The notes: generated by a model from the sequence alone, not told the origin. A DNA stretch of 64,000 bases from a virus (IMGVR_UViG_2861079508_000001); one strand, 5' to 3'; positions 1 to 12,387 are shown, numbered from the stretch's first letter. Made by a program: numbers and translations.

Positions 1-123
1 TAAATGTGATAGTACCTTCCCTGTACCACATGTTGAATATGCTCCTTGATTTGGTGGGCTATCCTTGCCCACCATTAAGTATGTACCTACTTATTTTTAC
101 CGATATAAATATTTTTTTCTACA

Positions 124-3100
124 TTACAGAAGGCCAATTCTTACTCGTAGGACGTTGTTATCGTCATAAACGTCAATCCGCTGACCATTTATGACCAGTC
201 GCCCATTACCCCCGCTATTACCGTTGATCTCAAGCGTTCCATTTTTGCCGAACCGCCATCCAGATCTACCGCTAACAAAATTGGTAGATTGCAGATCGCC
301 TACTTTTGCATTGGTGATTGTGCCATCCTTGATATACGCACCATTCATATAGGCGATACTGTTTTCGATAACAAATGGCGTGGTGATCTTCCCGTTAACA
401 GAGTTGACCAAACCAAACCTGTCAGCCTGCACCAAAAACTGAGAAAGGCCAGTGGTGTCGATACCAAGCGCAATACCAGCAACATACTTCTGCCCTCCGC
501 TCGTTGAAGTTTCCATTTTCAACGTCCACGCGGTTGACACTTTTTTGTTGGTATCAGCAATAGCTGTTGCCTGCTGTTGAATTGTCGCGGTATTTCCATC
601 CACCTCTGCTTTCAGAGTATCGATTCGCCCACTCAGAGCATTATCTGCCTGCGTTCTCGCTGTCGTTTCAGTTGTTACCGCCGCGGAAATGTTGGCTGCC
701 GTTTGAGACTCTAAGTTTGTGATTTGAGTCGCCAATGCAGCATCTTGCTCTGTACGCGTTTTCGTTTCGGTTGCTACAGCCGCTTTAATATCCTCTTTGT
801 ATTGAGAGGTCAGCTTGGTGATCTGAGACGACAACGCCGAGTCAGCATCAGTTCGAGCCTGCGTTTCAACTGCAACGGCCGCACTAATATCTTTCGCTGT
901 CTGTGCTTTTAAACTTGAAACCTCTTTTGTTAAAGCGGTATCACCATCAGCACGAGCCGTTGTTTCTCTGGCAAGAGATGCCTCGAGATCATTAGCTTTT
1001 GCTGTAAGAGACGAAATCTGAGTGGACAATGCACTATCGGCATCAGTCCTTGCCTTTGTCTCTACAGCAACCGCTGCGGCAATATCAGTTCCGGTTTGTG
1101 CTCGCAGGCTGTTAATTTCTCGTGAGAGCGCCTGGTCAGCACTTGCTCTGGCCTCCTGCTCCTGAGTGATGGCAGCGGATATATCACCGTCAACCTTTGA
1201 CTGAAGCTGGTTTATTTGTTTGGCTAACGCAGAGTCCCCGCTTGCTCGGGCCTCCTGCTCACTACGTATTGCAGCAGAAATATCATCATCAACCTTTGCC
1301 TGAAGTTGGGTGATCTGGCTTGCCAGAGCCGAATCTTCCGTTGCTCGGGCTTCTTGCTCTTCCTTAATAGCTGCGACGATATCGTTGCTTACTTTCGACT
1401 CAAGCTGAGTGATCTGTGTCGTCAGAGCTTCATCGGCAGATGTGCGAGCCTCCTGCTCTGTACTAATCGCCGCGCTGATATCTCCTTCAAACTTAGATTG
1501 CAGCTGAGTGACACGCTTTGCCAACGCTTCATCGCCATCGGCACGAGCGGTGGACTCTTCCAGAATACTGGCCTTAATGTCTTCGCCAATTTCTACGCGA
1601 ATTTCCTCAACCTTCGTGGCCATTGCAGACATATCATCAGCAAAGGTTTTCTGTGTTGTTGCGATCTTCGCGTTATTGACCATCTGCTTGTGCTGGTCTT
1701 CATCTTGACGAAGAGCTAGGTCAATATTTGTTTTGGCTAACGCCTCAATGTTCGTAGTCAGTTCTGCACTGGCACGATCGACCTCTGCAACCGTCTTTTT
1801 CATTTCTTCAACGGCAGCGGAGCTTTCCTCTACCGTTGACTGCAACACTTCCAGTTGTTTAGCGTTTGCAGCATCGCCTTCAACACGAGCCTCGCTTTCC
1901 TTAGCAATAAGAGCCGCCGCTTCATCTCTTGCAGCCTTTATTGCCTCGACTGTATTAGCGAGAGCTTTATCGTGTTCAGATACGGTGTTTTCGATTTCAA
2001 CAATTGCAGCATCAGTAGCATCAATTTTTTCAAACGCTTCATTGACCTTGTCGATCGTTGCCGAAACCTCACCTTTAAGCTCGGTTTGTGCGTTCTCCAA
2101 AGCATCGCTACGCTCGTTGAATTTTATTTCAAAACCCGCGAGGTTATCGCTGAACTGCTTATCTAATTCAGCTATATCTTCCTTAACGTCGTTTACCGAC
2201 CCCTCCAAAGATTCGACGCTCTGGTTGATATGCTCATTTAACTCGTCAACTGCTTCTTGAGAGGCTTTGCTGTTGATGTCCTCAAGCAGAGCCTGACCAA
2301 GCTCGGAAGATGTAATTTTGCCAGCCAGGAACGACAGTACATCGCGAGTTGTCGCCTCTGTACCCAAGTTTGAGTTCGGAGGGCTTAACATACCTCGCTT
2401 GTTCGATGCTCGAACCCAGTAATACCACGTTTCGCTATCCCCAAGACCAGCATGTGTAAAGGTGGTGCTTGCAGACTCTGCGATCAGTTTCGCCGTATCC
2501 AGATTGTTGGTCTGGGATGCGTAAACATTAATGTGATCAAGGTCTACCGAATCTGGATTAACCCAATTCAGTATCACATTACGATAGTCTCCAACGGCCG
2601 TTAATGACGTTGGTGCATCCGGCGGTGTCATTGTGCCCAGCACCTGATAAACGGTACTGATAATTTCTGTTTTTTTACCGTTGAATGAAACCGCATACAG
2701 TTGGAAGTCGTAGCGTCCATTCTCCGCGACATTAACGATTTCGTATTGTTCTTCGGTTACACGCGCCGATTGCCAGTTCGATACATTGTTTTCATCAGAA
2801 CGTCGCCAACTGATCCAATACTCTGGAGATTTCCCTTCCCATGTTGCAGTCAGTTTTACTGACAGGTTGCCCGGGCTTGAGAGGTAAGTCCCTTCAGTGA
2901 TTTGCAAATTAGACGGCTTGGAGTAAGTCGGGTCCAATACCGTCGTATTCTGCGGGATAAGCGTTGCACCATTGTCGATCGCCTCATATTTAGACGGATT
3001 GTTTTCAACAGCGGTGATGTCAAAGCTACCCGACGTTTCCCCCTGAGCGATGTTAACGATGCGAACGCGCATAGGTTCGAGATCTGGTTCTGTAATTGTC

Positions 3101-4842
3101 CAGACACCGTTCAAAACAGGCGTTTCCGCTGACGACAGAGCTTTTGAAAACGTAACCTTTGTTATGTTTTCGCCAGTTTCAAGAACATCGCGCTCAACGA
3201 TTTTGCCTTCCTGATTCAATATCCGAATAAAGCTGCCGCTTTTAGCTAACGACACAGGCGCATCGAGAGTGATGCTGTTTTTGGTAAACTCCACAATTCG
3301 ACCGGAGTTACGTTTACCTGCACGATATTTGTTCTGAATCAGAACGGTTTCACCGGGCATCAGAAATGAGGCGTCTAAGCCGGCAGTAAATGTAATTACA
3401 TCCGACTCCATTCTGGCGGTATACAAAAGCCACAAACCAACTCGGTGAGCCTGGCCTCGGCTTGTACATCCAAATGCTACGACTTCTGTTTTACGCTCAC
3501 CATAACGGCGCATTGCGTCCTGATCTTCAACGTACTCGATGTTTTGCTTATAACCGTCCTCCTTGTTGTTGTAGGTTACGAGCGCAACGGATGGGCGATC
3601 TTTACGCGCAGAACCTTTATAGGTAAACAGTCCATCTTTGACGTTGGAGTTGGTAAACATCATTACTGGATCTGATGGGCTATCCTGCATGATGTTAACC
3701 ATGCCACCAGCCCAAAACACCATGCCGCGGAATGCACCGGCAATATCCTGAATTAATCGGTATGCGTCTTGTCGACTGGTGATCTGCGTATTGATTGCAA
3801 AGCGTTTCTCTTTACCCCCAAAGCCATCATCGACCTCTTCGTCACAATATCGACCAATCTGGTAGAGCTGGCCGAGGTCAATCATGGATTCCGACACAAA
3901 TTGCCCAAGACCATACCGAGTATTGGTAAGCAAATCGTAGAGAATCCACGCAGGGTTTGAAGAAGACAACAGCTTAAAAGTACCGTCCCATACGCCGACA
4001 TAAGTATTGGTGTATTCGTTGTCTCGGATTTTGATACCGCGCACCAAATACGAACGGGAAGGCATTGTGCTACCAAACTGCTCTGAATTGACCTTCAAGC
4101 CAACAAGAGCAGAGTTAGGGTAGTTCATTGGCGTGTCGACAATCTCACCTATGGAATCAACCCATGTGTCGTTGTAGAGGTACTGGCTACTGTTATCATC
4201 TGTAAGACGAATCACCCTAACCTTGTATGCACGACCAGGCTTAGGTAGTTTCAGCTCATAGCTACGGTAATACACGCCGGTTTTCTTTGCCGTTAGCGTG
4301 ATATCAACGCTTTTCTCACCTTCTGCCACTACATCAGAAAATGTTGCGTCTCCGTTGGCGATCTGGAATTTGTACTTCACCGTAGTGCCATTTGTATCGC
4401 CAGAGCTTTTATCAACGCTACGTAAAGAGGGGAATTTCATGATGACACGAACGCGATCAGCTTCATCGTTATCGATTGAAACCGTAACGTCGTGTGTTTT
4501 TTTAAGCTGAATATTTACGGACTTAGGCGTTTCGACAAAATCAAAACCAGCCATTGGCGTCTGGTCTTGTGAGCCGTCACGAAAATCCCATGTAATACCG
4601 CTGAAGTTGGAAGAGCCATCTTCATTCAAGATCGGTAAATCGTCGATGAAGATCGACTTTGCGCCATTTACCAGGCCACCGATAACCCCCTCGCCAAGAA
4701 GGTCGAGGATGGCTGCCATAGCACGAGAATTGACAGTATCATCAGCTTCAACCGGGGTACGGCTGGAGCTTTTACTTTTCTTGCCACCAGCACCGGCAAT
4801 AAGAAGCGGTAATTTTTTCTTCTTGAACTGTTCCATGTCCAA
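124..4842 (-). CDS. central tail fibre / host specificity protein (lambda gpJ-like), 1572 aa, with tandem coiled-coil repeats
   Basis: Size and position at the distal end of the tail module after I/K/L/M-like genes; about 14 tandem ~25-aa repeats (DISAAI..EQEAR..ALA.QI.QLQSKV). Confidence 0.8.
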   Translation of the reverse strand: MDMEQFKKKKLPLLIAGAGGKKSKSSSRTPVEADDTVNSRAMAAILDLLGEGVIGGLVNGAKSIFIDDLPILNEDGSSNFSGITWDFRDGSQDQTPMAGFDFVETPKSVNIQLKKTHDVTVSIDNDEADRVRVIMKFPSLRSVDKSSGDTNGTTVKYKFQIANGDATFSDVVAEGEKSVDITLTAKKTGVYYRSYELKLPKPGRAYKVRVIRLTDDNSSQYLYNDTWVDSIGEIVDTPMNYPNSALVGLKVNSEQFGSTMPSRSYLVRGIKIRDNEYTNTYVGVWDGTFKLLSSSNPAWILYDLLTNTRYGLGQFVSESMIDLGQLYQIGRYCDEEVDDGFGGKEKRFAINTQITSRQDAYRLIQDIAGAFRGMVFWAGGMVNIMQDSPSDPVMMFTNSNVKDGLFTYKGSARKDRPSVALVTYNNKEDGYKQNIEYVEDQDAMRRYGERKTEVVAFGCTSRGQAHRVGLWLLYTARMESDVITFTAGLDASFLMPGETVLIQNKYRAGKRNSGRIVEFTKNSITLDAPVSLAKSGSFIRILNQEGKIVERDVLETGENITKVTFSKALSSAETPVLNGVWTITEPDLEPMRVRIVNIAQGETSGSFDITAVENNPSKYEAIDNGATLIPQNTTVLDPTYSKPSNLQITEGTYLSSPGNLSVKLTATWEGKSPEYWISWRRSDENNVSNWQSARVTEEQYEIVNVAENGRYDFQLYAVSFNGKKTEIISTVYQVLGTMTPPDAPTSLTAVGDYRNVILNWVNPDSVDLDHINVYASQTNNLDTAKLIAESASTTFTHAGLGDSETWYYWVRASNKRGMLSPPNSNLGTEATTRDVLSFLAGKITSSELGQALLEDINSKASQEAVDELNEHINQSVESLEGSVNDVKEDIAELDKQFSDNLAGFEIKFNERSDALENAQTELKGEVSATIDKVNEAFEKIDATDAAIVEIENTVSEHDKALANTVEAIKAARDEAAALIAKESEARVEGDAANAKQLEVLQSTVEESSAAVEEMKKTVAEVDRASAELTTNIEALAKTNIDLALRQDEDQHKQMVNNAKIATTQKTFADDMSAMATKVEEIRVEIGEDIKASILEESTARADGDEALAKRVTQLQSKFEGDISAAISTEQEARTSADEALTTQITQLESKVSNDIVAAIKEEQEARATEDSALASQITQLQAKVDDDISAAIRSEQEARASGDSALAKQINQLQSKVDGDISAAITQEQEARASADQALSREINSLRAQTGTDIAAAVAVETKARTDADSALSTQISSLTAKANDLEASLARETTARADGDTALTKEVSSLKAQTAKDISAAVAVETQARTDADSALSSQITKLTSQYKEDIKAAVATETKTRTEQDAALATQITNLESQTAANISAAVTTETTARTQADNALSGRIDTLKAEVDGNTATIQQQATAIADTNKKVSTAWTLKMETSTSGGQKYVAGIALGIDTTGLSQFLVQADRFGLVNSVNGKITTPFVIENSIAYMNGAYIKDGTITNAKVGDLQSTNFVSGRSGWRFGKNGTLEINGNSGGNGRLVINGQRIDVYDDNNVLRVRIGLL
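590..1700. repeat. tandem ~75-bp in-frame repeats inside the tail fibre gene
   Basis: Periodic nucleotide and amino-acid repeat visible in the ORF translation and the DNA. Confidence 0.7.
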
Positions 4843-4853
4843 AAAATCCTTGA

Positions 4854-5444
4854 TTACATAAGCTGGTCGATGGTGATAGAAGAACTCACGACCTGTGAGC
4901 CAACTAAAATTTCCTCGCCATAGATAAGCTGTACAGGGTTCCCCTGGTTTGTTGTGTTTTGAGGTCCATCAAAGTAATAAGAGTTCGAGTTATCCGCCTG
5001 CCTCACACTTTCGTTAGTGGCTTGCGGAGATATGATTTGCGCTATACCGCCCATCATCAGTGACAAACCGAGAGGCGCAAGAGCGGGCACCCATATCGAG
5101 GCAACCATTAATACTGCTCCAACAACCGTCTGAAACCATCCAAAAGCAGATCCACCACTTCCTCGCGGAACAGGGGTAATGCGGATTTTTGCAATATTGT
5201 CAGACTGCCCCATCATCTGATATTCACTCTCGTCCACAGACCACTTGTGGCCCTGTTTATTGGTGATCTGGATGTGGTATCTGTCATAGGTTTTGATATT
5301 GCGCTTCATCCATGCTTTAAACCCAGGCTTGTTGGCCTCAATTAAATCCAGAGCCTGTTTTGTATTACGCACCTTTAGATGCCAGTGGCGGCCAAAATGT
5401 TTGGCCATAGGGCCGCCAAGCTGCACATGAACTAACTCAGACAC
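4854..5444 (-). CDS. tail assembly protein (lambda gpI-like)
   Basis: 196 aa, hydrophobic C-terminal region, position between K-like and J-like genes. Confidence 0.6.
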   Translation of the reverse strand: MSELVHVQLGGPMAKHFGRHWHLKVRNTKQALDLIEANKPGFKAWMKRNIKTYDRYHIQITNKQGHKWSVDESEYQMMGQSDNIAKIRITPVPRGSGGSAFGWFQTVVGAVLMVASIWVPALAPLGLSLMMGGIAQIISPQATNESVRQADNSNSYYFDGPQNTTNQGNPVQLIYGEEILVGSQVVSSSITIDQLM

Positions 5445-6256
5445 GTCTCATCTCCCTTGAGCAAGTCTCTGTGACGCAAGTGATGCGTCGTATGTTTCTG
5501 ATACATTCCGCCGTAATAAGCACGACAACTTAGGCGGTCGATCTGGTGATGAAGAATCATTCCATCGCCGATATAAACCGCGCAGTGGTCAGGCATTTTC
5601 CCGTATTGGATAAAGAATACGTCCCCACGTTGAGGCTCTGTTCCGGGCGCAAGACGCACCAATCCCTCGTTACGGTAGTTCTGATCGAGAATGTCGTTAT
5701 CGCCGGTGTACCACGATGGAATATGCAGGTGTGCGTTCGGGTTTAGTTCGACGTTAAACTCACGCTTCAAATAGTCCCGACACAACATCCAGCAATCAAA
5801 TACGCCAAATACATACGGTCTGCCCAGGTATGGCATTTCGAAACCATCAGGTGTGATCACATTCATCTCGCTAAAATGGAAAGGGGCATCTCCCTCAACA
5901 TTCTTGCGAATAGCCAGAATCATCCACGGAACTTCCGTCGCTTCGCAGCCTGCACGATCGGCATCAGATGCTTCTGCTGATTCATCAGTATGTGAATGCC
6001 AGATTGCGATAACATCACCCGCATCCTCTGCCGCCATAATGTCGTCAACGTGCATTACAAAAGTGTTCTGCGGGTTCTCCGAAACATTCCGCGCTTCCAT
6101 AAAGCGATATTTGTCGCCATTAGTTCTAACCAGAAAGCCACACGCTTCATTAGGGTAGCGATTTATGGCGCAGAGATAGATTTGCTGCATAACGTCAGAG
6201 CCAAGCTCAGGGATTGCTTTATTACCCATACCGCGTAGCTCCAATAAATCCGCCAA
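5432..6256 (-). CDS. tail tip assembly protein (lambda gpK-like; JAB/MPN plus NlpC/P60 motifs)
   Basis: HSHTDESAEASD metalloprotease-like motif and DCWMLCRDY NlpC/P60-like Cys motif; synteny. Confidence 0.7.
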   Translation of the reverse strand: MADLLELRGMGNKAIPELGSDVMQQIYLCAINRYPNEACGFLVRTNGDKYRFMEARNVSENPQNTFVMHVDDIMAAEDAGDVIAIWHSHTDESAEASDADRAGCEATEVPWMILAIRKNVEGDAPFHFSEMNVITPDGFEMPYLGRPYVFGVFDCWMLCRDYLKREFNVELNPNAHLHIPSWYTGDNDILDQNYRNEGLVRLAPGTEPQRGDVFFIQYGKMPDHCAVYIGDGMILHHQIDRLSCRAYYGGMYQKHTTHHLRHRDLLKGDETCLS

Positions 6257-6953
6257 AATGGATCACACCGTCGGCAAAATAATTCCGACGCGCATTACAG
6301 GCGTCATAACGTTTTGTGCAGTAATCCGCACCAGACATAGACGTCTGCTGGTTATTTTTGTCGAAATATGGACCGGTATAGCCGCATTCTGGCCCTCGGT
6401 ATTTCCACGGGCAGGTGTTTTTAATGATCTGACGATACGGCAGTTGCACCCCCATCAAATCGAACACACTGGACAATTCAAACTCGACAACCTGATGAGT
6501 TTCGAGAGTTTTCTGTTCGATAAACCACATTTCATCCGGGAAATGTTGGTTTGGATCTGCTGTTGGGTTGCCGTCTTTAAAATTAACGGCATCGAGGAAG
6601 CGAGCCAGCGTCATCTTGCGAATAATGCGGCAGCCAACAAGATCGTCGTTCGCCTGAACTTCCGCAGAGACGGTTCCGGCAAAGTTCGATACCTGAATTT
6701 TTGGACGTGGCAACGTTCCCTGGCCCGTTTTGTCAAAGCCTGATGCTTTTATTGGCCACGGCTCGTATGTCACTCCTTGCCAGACGACCGGTTGCATCAG
6801 TTCGTTTGTTCCGGCGTGGAAGAATAGCTTCCCCCCTGAAGTTGTGTTCGACATATCCAGTACGAACAACTCAATGAGTGCAGAGGGAGATAAGCTCTGA
6901 ATATCAGCTTTAATTCCCATTGTTTCATCCTTGAAATAAGTAGGCGCTAACAT
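6222..6953 (-). CDS. minor tail protein (lambda gpL-like)
   Basis: C-terminal Cys motif CPWKYRGPECGYTG typical of gpL family; synteny. Confidence 0.7.
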   Translation of the reverse strand: MLAPTYFKDETMGIKADIQSLSPSALIELFVLDMSNTTSGGKLFFHAGTNELMQPVVWQGVTYEPWPIKASGFDKTGQGTLPRPKIQVSNFAGTVSAEVQANDDLVGCRIIRKMTLARFLDAVNFKDGNPTADPNQHFPDEMWFIEQKTLETHQVVEFELSSVFDLMGVQLPYRQIIKNTCPWKYRGPECGYTGPYFDKNNQQTSMSGADYCTKRYDACNARRNYFADGVIHFGGFIGATRYG

Positions 6954-7002
6954 CCTGTCAGCGCCACAATGATAGTAAATCAGTACTTACTTATCCAGAT
7001 GC

Positions 7003-7338
7003 TTAAGCCTCAAATACTTGTCTGAATGTAGCAGTTAAGACACAGTACCCCTGATATCGCTTGACCGTATGACTGTCACATACAACTACAATCTGCTTGC
7101 CTCTTGGATTAACCCAATAGAACGATTCAACGCCTGATCGCTCAGTCAGGAAGTCATCGATTGCATTAATTTCGTTGTATGATCTGGTAAAGGTTAACGA
7201 CCATTCTTCTTTAATACGATTAAGACCTTGAGCCTGTCGCTGCTCGTAGTCATCACCAAAATTAAGTACCGTTACATTCGGTTTTACGCTTTTTTCAGAT
7301 TCGTAATCTGGATACCAATTAAACGTTTGTCTTTCCAT
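7003..7338 (-). CDS. minor tail protein (lambda gpM-like)
   Basis: 111 aa ORF immediately downstream of tape measure gene; synteny. Confidence 0.6.
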   Translation of the reverse strand: MERQTFNWYPDYESEKSVKPNVTVLNFGDDYEQRQAQGLNRIKEEWSLTFTRSYNEINAIDDFLTERSGVESFYWVNPRGKQIVVVCDSHTVKRYQGYCVLTATFRQVFEA

Positions 7339-7380
7339 CTCACATCCTTGTGAGACTGCCCCGGTCGGGGCAGTCGATAG

Positions 7381-10300
7381 TTAGTTACGTTGAGTGTTTG
7401 GGTTGAGAGATCCGCCAGGGCGTTTCTCTTGAGCGATAGTCTCAAGCGCGATTGCTTTCATCCGTTGAGCGGCATTGTTCCATATGCTTTCTGTATCGCC
7501 GGATTCAGTTGTGCTACCGTCACTATGGACGTTGATCTCAATTGATACCGGAGAAAGAACATTTCCTCCTCCACTCATACCATCGGTACTGAGCGTTACA
7601 GGGATTGTTCGACCATCAGGCAATGGAACATACGCCTCATTCATATCGCCTTCCCCAAACAACGCCAATTGAGGTGAGTTGGCGATACCGCCTTTCTGGT
7701 ATGCCCGGAGCGGGATCACGCCGTCTTTTCCGAATATGCCACCATTTGCAAACTTCGGAATTGCAGGAATACCATTCGTGCCATCGGCAGCAGAACTGGT
7801 CAGATTGTTGAACCCGGAAGTTGAGCCAGAAGAACCGGACATCAATCCATCGAATCCACCACCAGCCCATACTGAAACCAAACCAGATGCAACTGTCGCG
7901 CCGAAATTCAACCACTTATTACCAGAGCCGGAAGCATTAGCTCCAAGCATTGCAAACGCGGCAGACAGAGCGCCGGTAACAGAGCTGAGGTTCTGCATCG
8001 AGAAGATGGAGTCCTTCACTGCTTTTGTCTCAGCATCTTTGGCTTCGGTGCTATCAAATAGCCCCGATACCCAGCTACCAATCGCATTTGTTGCTGTGCC
8101 AATTGCGCTGGTGGTCTGCTGTGTTGTTTGCCCCAATCCAGTTACCGAACTGGACGTCTCCTTCGTGGCTTCTCCTACCGACTTGTCGCCATTAACAGTG
8201 TTGCCCATTCGTACACCTTGATTGGCAACGGCAGAAGCAACTCCAGTGAGCAAATTGCCACTCTGTGAACTACCAGCTGCGGTGGTTCCCATCCCCAACA
8301 TGTTCATTAGAGGCAGCGTGATTTGCGACTTCACGACCATATTGGTGATATCTTTCAAAATGGACTGAGATAGGCTGGAGAAGCTCATCTTCCCGTTAAT
8401 AACGAAATCAGTCAGGACATCAGTTAAGCCACTAAACAAATCAGTCCAGGTGCTTTCGATCTGCTCTGCCAAGTTTTCGTATTCCAGTGCCAACTTCTGC
8501 GTCGCAGTCCCCGTCTCTTTAATAAGCGCGGTATTGCCAGCAGCAATCAGTTGATTGATTTTCTTTGTATAAAGCGCCACAACTTTAGGATCAGACGCCT
8601 TATCACGAAGTTCTATCAACGCTTTGAGATTGCGGTTGTAGGTGTCTTCGAAATCGGCAACTTTCTCTTCGCGAGACGGCGTATAGCCAGCACTAATAAT
8701 GGAATCCGCCTCCGGTGCCCAAGTGGAGATCATCTGCTCAACATTGCGGCGATTAAACATCTCACGATATTCAGGTGTCGCATTTTTGAGGTCTTCAAGA
8801 CGTTTTTTCGCCTTGTCGATCATCTCTTGAGTGATGAACTCGTTAGGAACCGCATTAGCCAAATCTGTCAGCGATTTCGTTGTATCGCGAAGAGACTGAT
8901 CAAACGATACCGTAGCCTTAGAGCTTTCACCCATTTGCCCCATAAGCTGATCGGCTTTGTCCAGAGCCTTCTGGTATCCGGCTGCCAGTTTCTGTTGCGC
9001 TGCCTGTTCCTTCTTGGCCGCACGCTGCGAGGCGTTAGCTGATCGTTGGGCTGCTTTCTCGGCAGCTGCTGCATCCTGTTCACGAGCTTTAGTTAGTGCA
9101 GCAATGGCTGCGGCACGCTCTTCATCGCTCATTTTCTCCAGAGAGCTGGCGCTGGATGCTTTCTGCAAATTAAGCTGCGTCTTGAGTTGTTTAGGCCCAA
9201 TAATCGGCTTACCTTCGAAGTCCATCATCGGAGTGCCGTCAGGCAAAGTACGCTGATAAGTCGCAGAATTCATCTGGTTTCGCATATATTGCGCCAACGC
9301 CTTCTGAGCAGCTTTATCAGTTGTACCTAACCCAAGAACAGTCCCCTGGTTTGACATTACGCCCTTACCAGTTTTGGCCGCGTTATCTCTCTCGAACTCT
9401 GCCTGAGTAAGTTCCTGAGCAACGGCTTCCAAATGCTCCTGATAACCACGAATACTGCCTTGCAGTTTCTGGATTTGCTCGGTATTGCCATCCTTTTTGG
9501 CTTTTTCAAGCTGATCATTAAGAGTCGCGATTTGCTTCTCGGTCGCATTCTTACGAGAAGAAAGTGAATCAACCAGTTTTTGCGCAGGCTCCAGATAGCT
9601 TTTGTTTACCGTTTCACGTAACGGTGCCAATAGCTTGTTCTTTTCGTCATCTGAAAGTGAACCGTCATCATTGATTTTCTGGATCTTATCCAGAGCCTCC
9701 TGCCGGGCTTTCACGAATGTTGCCGCGAAAATCTGGTTTTCCGCTCGAATTTTCTCAATCTGAGATTCGGCAGCCTCTTTAGCCAAACGCTTTGCTACAG
9801 CGCCGTCACCAAGAGCTATCGTGCCGGTTATCTTTTGATACTCTTCCTGATTTTTTTTCAGGCGTGCTTCGATGTCAGCCTTCGACTCTTTGTGAGTAAT
9901 AACACCGGCAGAGTTAGATACGTAATTAACACCCTCACCAGTTTTTAATGCTCGTTGATCAGCAAGAATCTGCTTTTCGAGCTTTTCTGCGCGGTCGGCC
10001 ATTTGTGCACGTTTGGCCGCCGTCATCGCCTCTGGTATTTTCCTAATCTCGTCAACGACCTTTGAAGTTTCGCTGCGGAGCATGGTCATGTACGTGATTA
10101 GGCCAGCAACAGCTACAGTGGCAACTGTAAATGCTGCCCCTATAGGGTTTGCTGCAATGAACGCCGTTAATCCAGCAAAAGCGCCTTTAAGCCCCGTAAT
10201 CGCCCCACGGATGGCGAAAATAAGAGAGGGGATCGGAGCCAGCCCCATACGTGCCGCACGATTGAATCGGGTTACTGCTGTAGCGCCGAGGTTAAATGGA

Positions 10301-11119
10301 GTCTGTATGGCGGTCGCCATCGTGGCAAAGGTGCTAACCATCTGGCTGCCTGCGCCAACTACCCCCATGATCCCTGCTCGCATCAGTTTGAACGCAACCA
10401 TCGCGGCCACGACCTTACCGAGATTAATTACCAGCTCTTGGTTCTTTGCTAACCATTGAGCAAGCTGACGCAACCCATCAATTGCCGTCGTTAACCCCGA
10501 GCCTAAAGAATTGGCAAACGAAATCCCTTCGGCGCTATTCATGATTGAAGCCAGTTCTTTCATCCCCTTCGATAGAGAATCCAGATATCCGGCCTGACCA
10601 ACCCGATCAGCAAATAACGTGAATGACGTCTGAAGTTGCGCCAGCGCACCTGTGTAGGTTTGCATCATGTCTTTCGCTGCGTTCTCATTCTCCGCACGCA
10701 GACCAACAAACATCAGAGACAACGCCTGTTTTGCCTCAACCGTACCGCTGGCAACGGCTTTAGTCAGTTCCCCCATAGTGATGCCTGCGGCGTCTGCCAT
10801 TGCCTGCATCGCGTTAGGAACGGCTTCACCTAATTGCTGACGTAGCTCTTCCATTGACACAACGCCCTTACCGGACATCTGCTGAACGGCCACAGCCGCA
10901 CGTTTCAACAGCTCACTATCACCACCAAAACGAGCAACGGAGTCCACCAGCGCCTTCAGAGAACCATCGGTTGGATCTAAGCCAGCAGAACGAAACTTCA
11001 CGAAGGAATCTGTTAACGCCTGCATCGCGAACGGCGCATTTTGCGCCATGTCTACGATGTACTTCATATCATCAGCGGCAGCCTGGCCAGGGTTGGACTT
11101 CTCCTTATTCAACCCTCGA
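7381..11119 (-). pseudogene. tape measure protein, C-terminal ~1245 codons, 5' part severed by IS insertion
   Basis: Long Ala/Gln/Lys-rich helical ORF ending with Gly-rich C-terminal region; ORF start abuts the IS left end; continues in the N-terminal fragment at 12430-13286. Confidence 0.8.
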
Positions 11120-11173
11120 TGAACCGCCCCGGGAATCCTGGAGACTAAACTCCCTGAGAAAGAGGTAAACAGG

Positions 11174-11500
11174 ATGACTAAAAATACTCGTTTTTCCCCC
11201 GAAGTCCGTCAGAGGGCGATTCGTATGGTTCTGGAAAGTCAGGGCGAATATGACTCACAGTGGGCGGCAATTTGTTCCATTGCCCCAAAGATTGGCTGTA
11301 CACCGGAGACTCTGCGTGTCTGGGTACGCCAGCATGAGCGGGATACCGGAGGCGGTGATGGCGGGCTCACCACCGCTGAACGTCAGCGTCTGAAAGAGCT
11401 GGAACGTGAAAATCGTGAACTGCGCCGCAGTAACGATATCCTTCGCCAGGCTTCCGCTTATTTTGCGAAGGCGGAGTTCGACCGCCTCTGGAAAAAATGA
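11174..11500 (+). CDS. IS3-family transposase OrfA (HTH)
   Basis: 108 aa protein [26 protein letters not shown]... recognised as IS629-type OrfA. Confidence 0.9.
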   Translation: MTKNTRFSPEVRQRAIRMVLESQGEYDSQWAAICSIAPKIGCTPETLRVWVRQHERDTGGGDGGLTTAERQRLKELERENRELRRSNDILRQASAYFAKAEFDRLWKK

Positions 11501-12387
11501 TGCCACTGCTGGATAAGCTGCGTGAGCAGTACGGGGTCGGACCGCTATGCAGCGAACTGCATATTGCCCCGTCAACGTATTACCACTGTCAGCAACAGCG
11601 ACATCATCCGGATAAACGCAGTGCCCGTGCGCAGCGCGATGACTGGCTGAAGAAAGAGATACAGCGCGTATACGATGAAAATCATCAGGTGTACGGTGTG
11701 CGTAAAGTCTGGCGTCAGTTGTTACGGGAAGGTATCAGAGTGGCCAGATGCACTGTGGCACGTCTCATGGCGGTTATGGGACTTGCCGGTGTTCTCCGGG
11801 GTAAAAAGGTCCGTACGACCATCAGCCGGAAAGCCGTTGCCGCAGGCGACCGCGTAAACCGTCAGTTCGTGGCAGAACGACCTGACCAGCTGTGGGTGGC
11901 TGATTTTACTTACGTCAGCACATGGCGGGGCTTCGTCTATGTGGCGTTCATCATTGATGTGTTTGCCGGATACATCGTGGGGTGGCGGGTCTCATCGTCT
12001 ATGGAAACGACATTCGTGCTGGATGCTCTGGAGCAGGCGTTATGGGCCCGTCAACCGTCCGGCACAGTCCATCACAGTGATAAAGGTTCTCAGTATGTAT
12101 CGCTGGCCTACACACAGCGGCTTAAGGAAGCCGGATTACTGGCATCAACAGGAAGTACTGGTGACTCGTATGACAACGCGATGGCGGAGAGCATCAATGG
12201 CCTTTACAAAGCGGAGGTAATACACCGTAAGAGCTGGAAAAACCGGACAGAAGTGGAGCTGGCCACACTCACGTGGGTGGACTGGTATAACAATCGACGA
12301 TTGCTGGAAAGGCTGGGCCATATCCCACCGGCAGAAGCAGAAAAAGCTTATTATGCTTCCATCGGAAACGATGATCTGGCAGCCTGA
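11497..12387 (+). CDS. IS3-family transposase OrfB (DDE integrase domain)
   Basis: 296 aa, DDE-type catalytic domain, overlaps orfA stop. Confidence 0.9.
   Translation: MMPLLDKLREQYGVGPLCSELHIAPSTYYHCQQQRHHPDKRSARAQRDDWLKKEIQRVYDENHQVYGVRKVWRQLLREGIRVARCTVARLMAVMGLAGVLRGKKVRTTISRKAVAAGDRVNRQFVAERPDQLWVADFTYVSTWRGFVYVAFIIDVFAGYIVGWRVSSSMETTFVLDALEQALWARQPSGTVHHSDKGSQYVSLAYTQRLKEAGLLASTGSTGDSYDNAMAESINGLYKAEVIHRKSWKNRTEVELATLTWVDWYNNRRLLERLGHIPPAEAEKAYYASIGNDDLAA

Noticed and set aside
1306-2260. Plus-strand ORFs inside the tail fibre gene (for example 1306-1719, 1733-2260)
   Set aside because: Antisense shadow ORFs generated by the repetitive Ala/Ser-rich coding sequence on the other strand.
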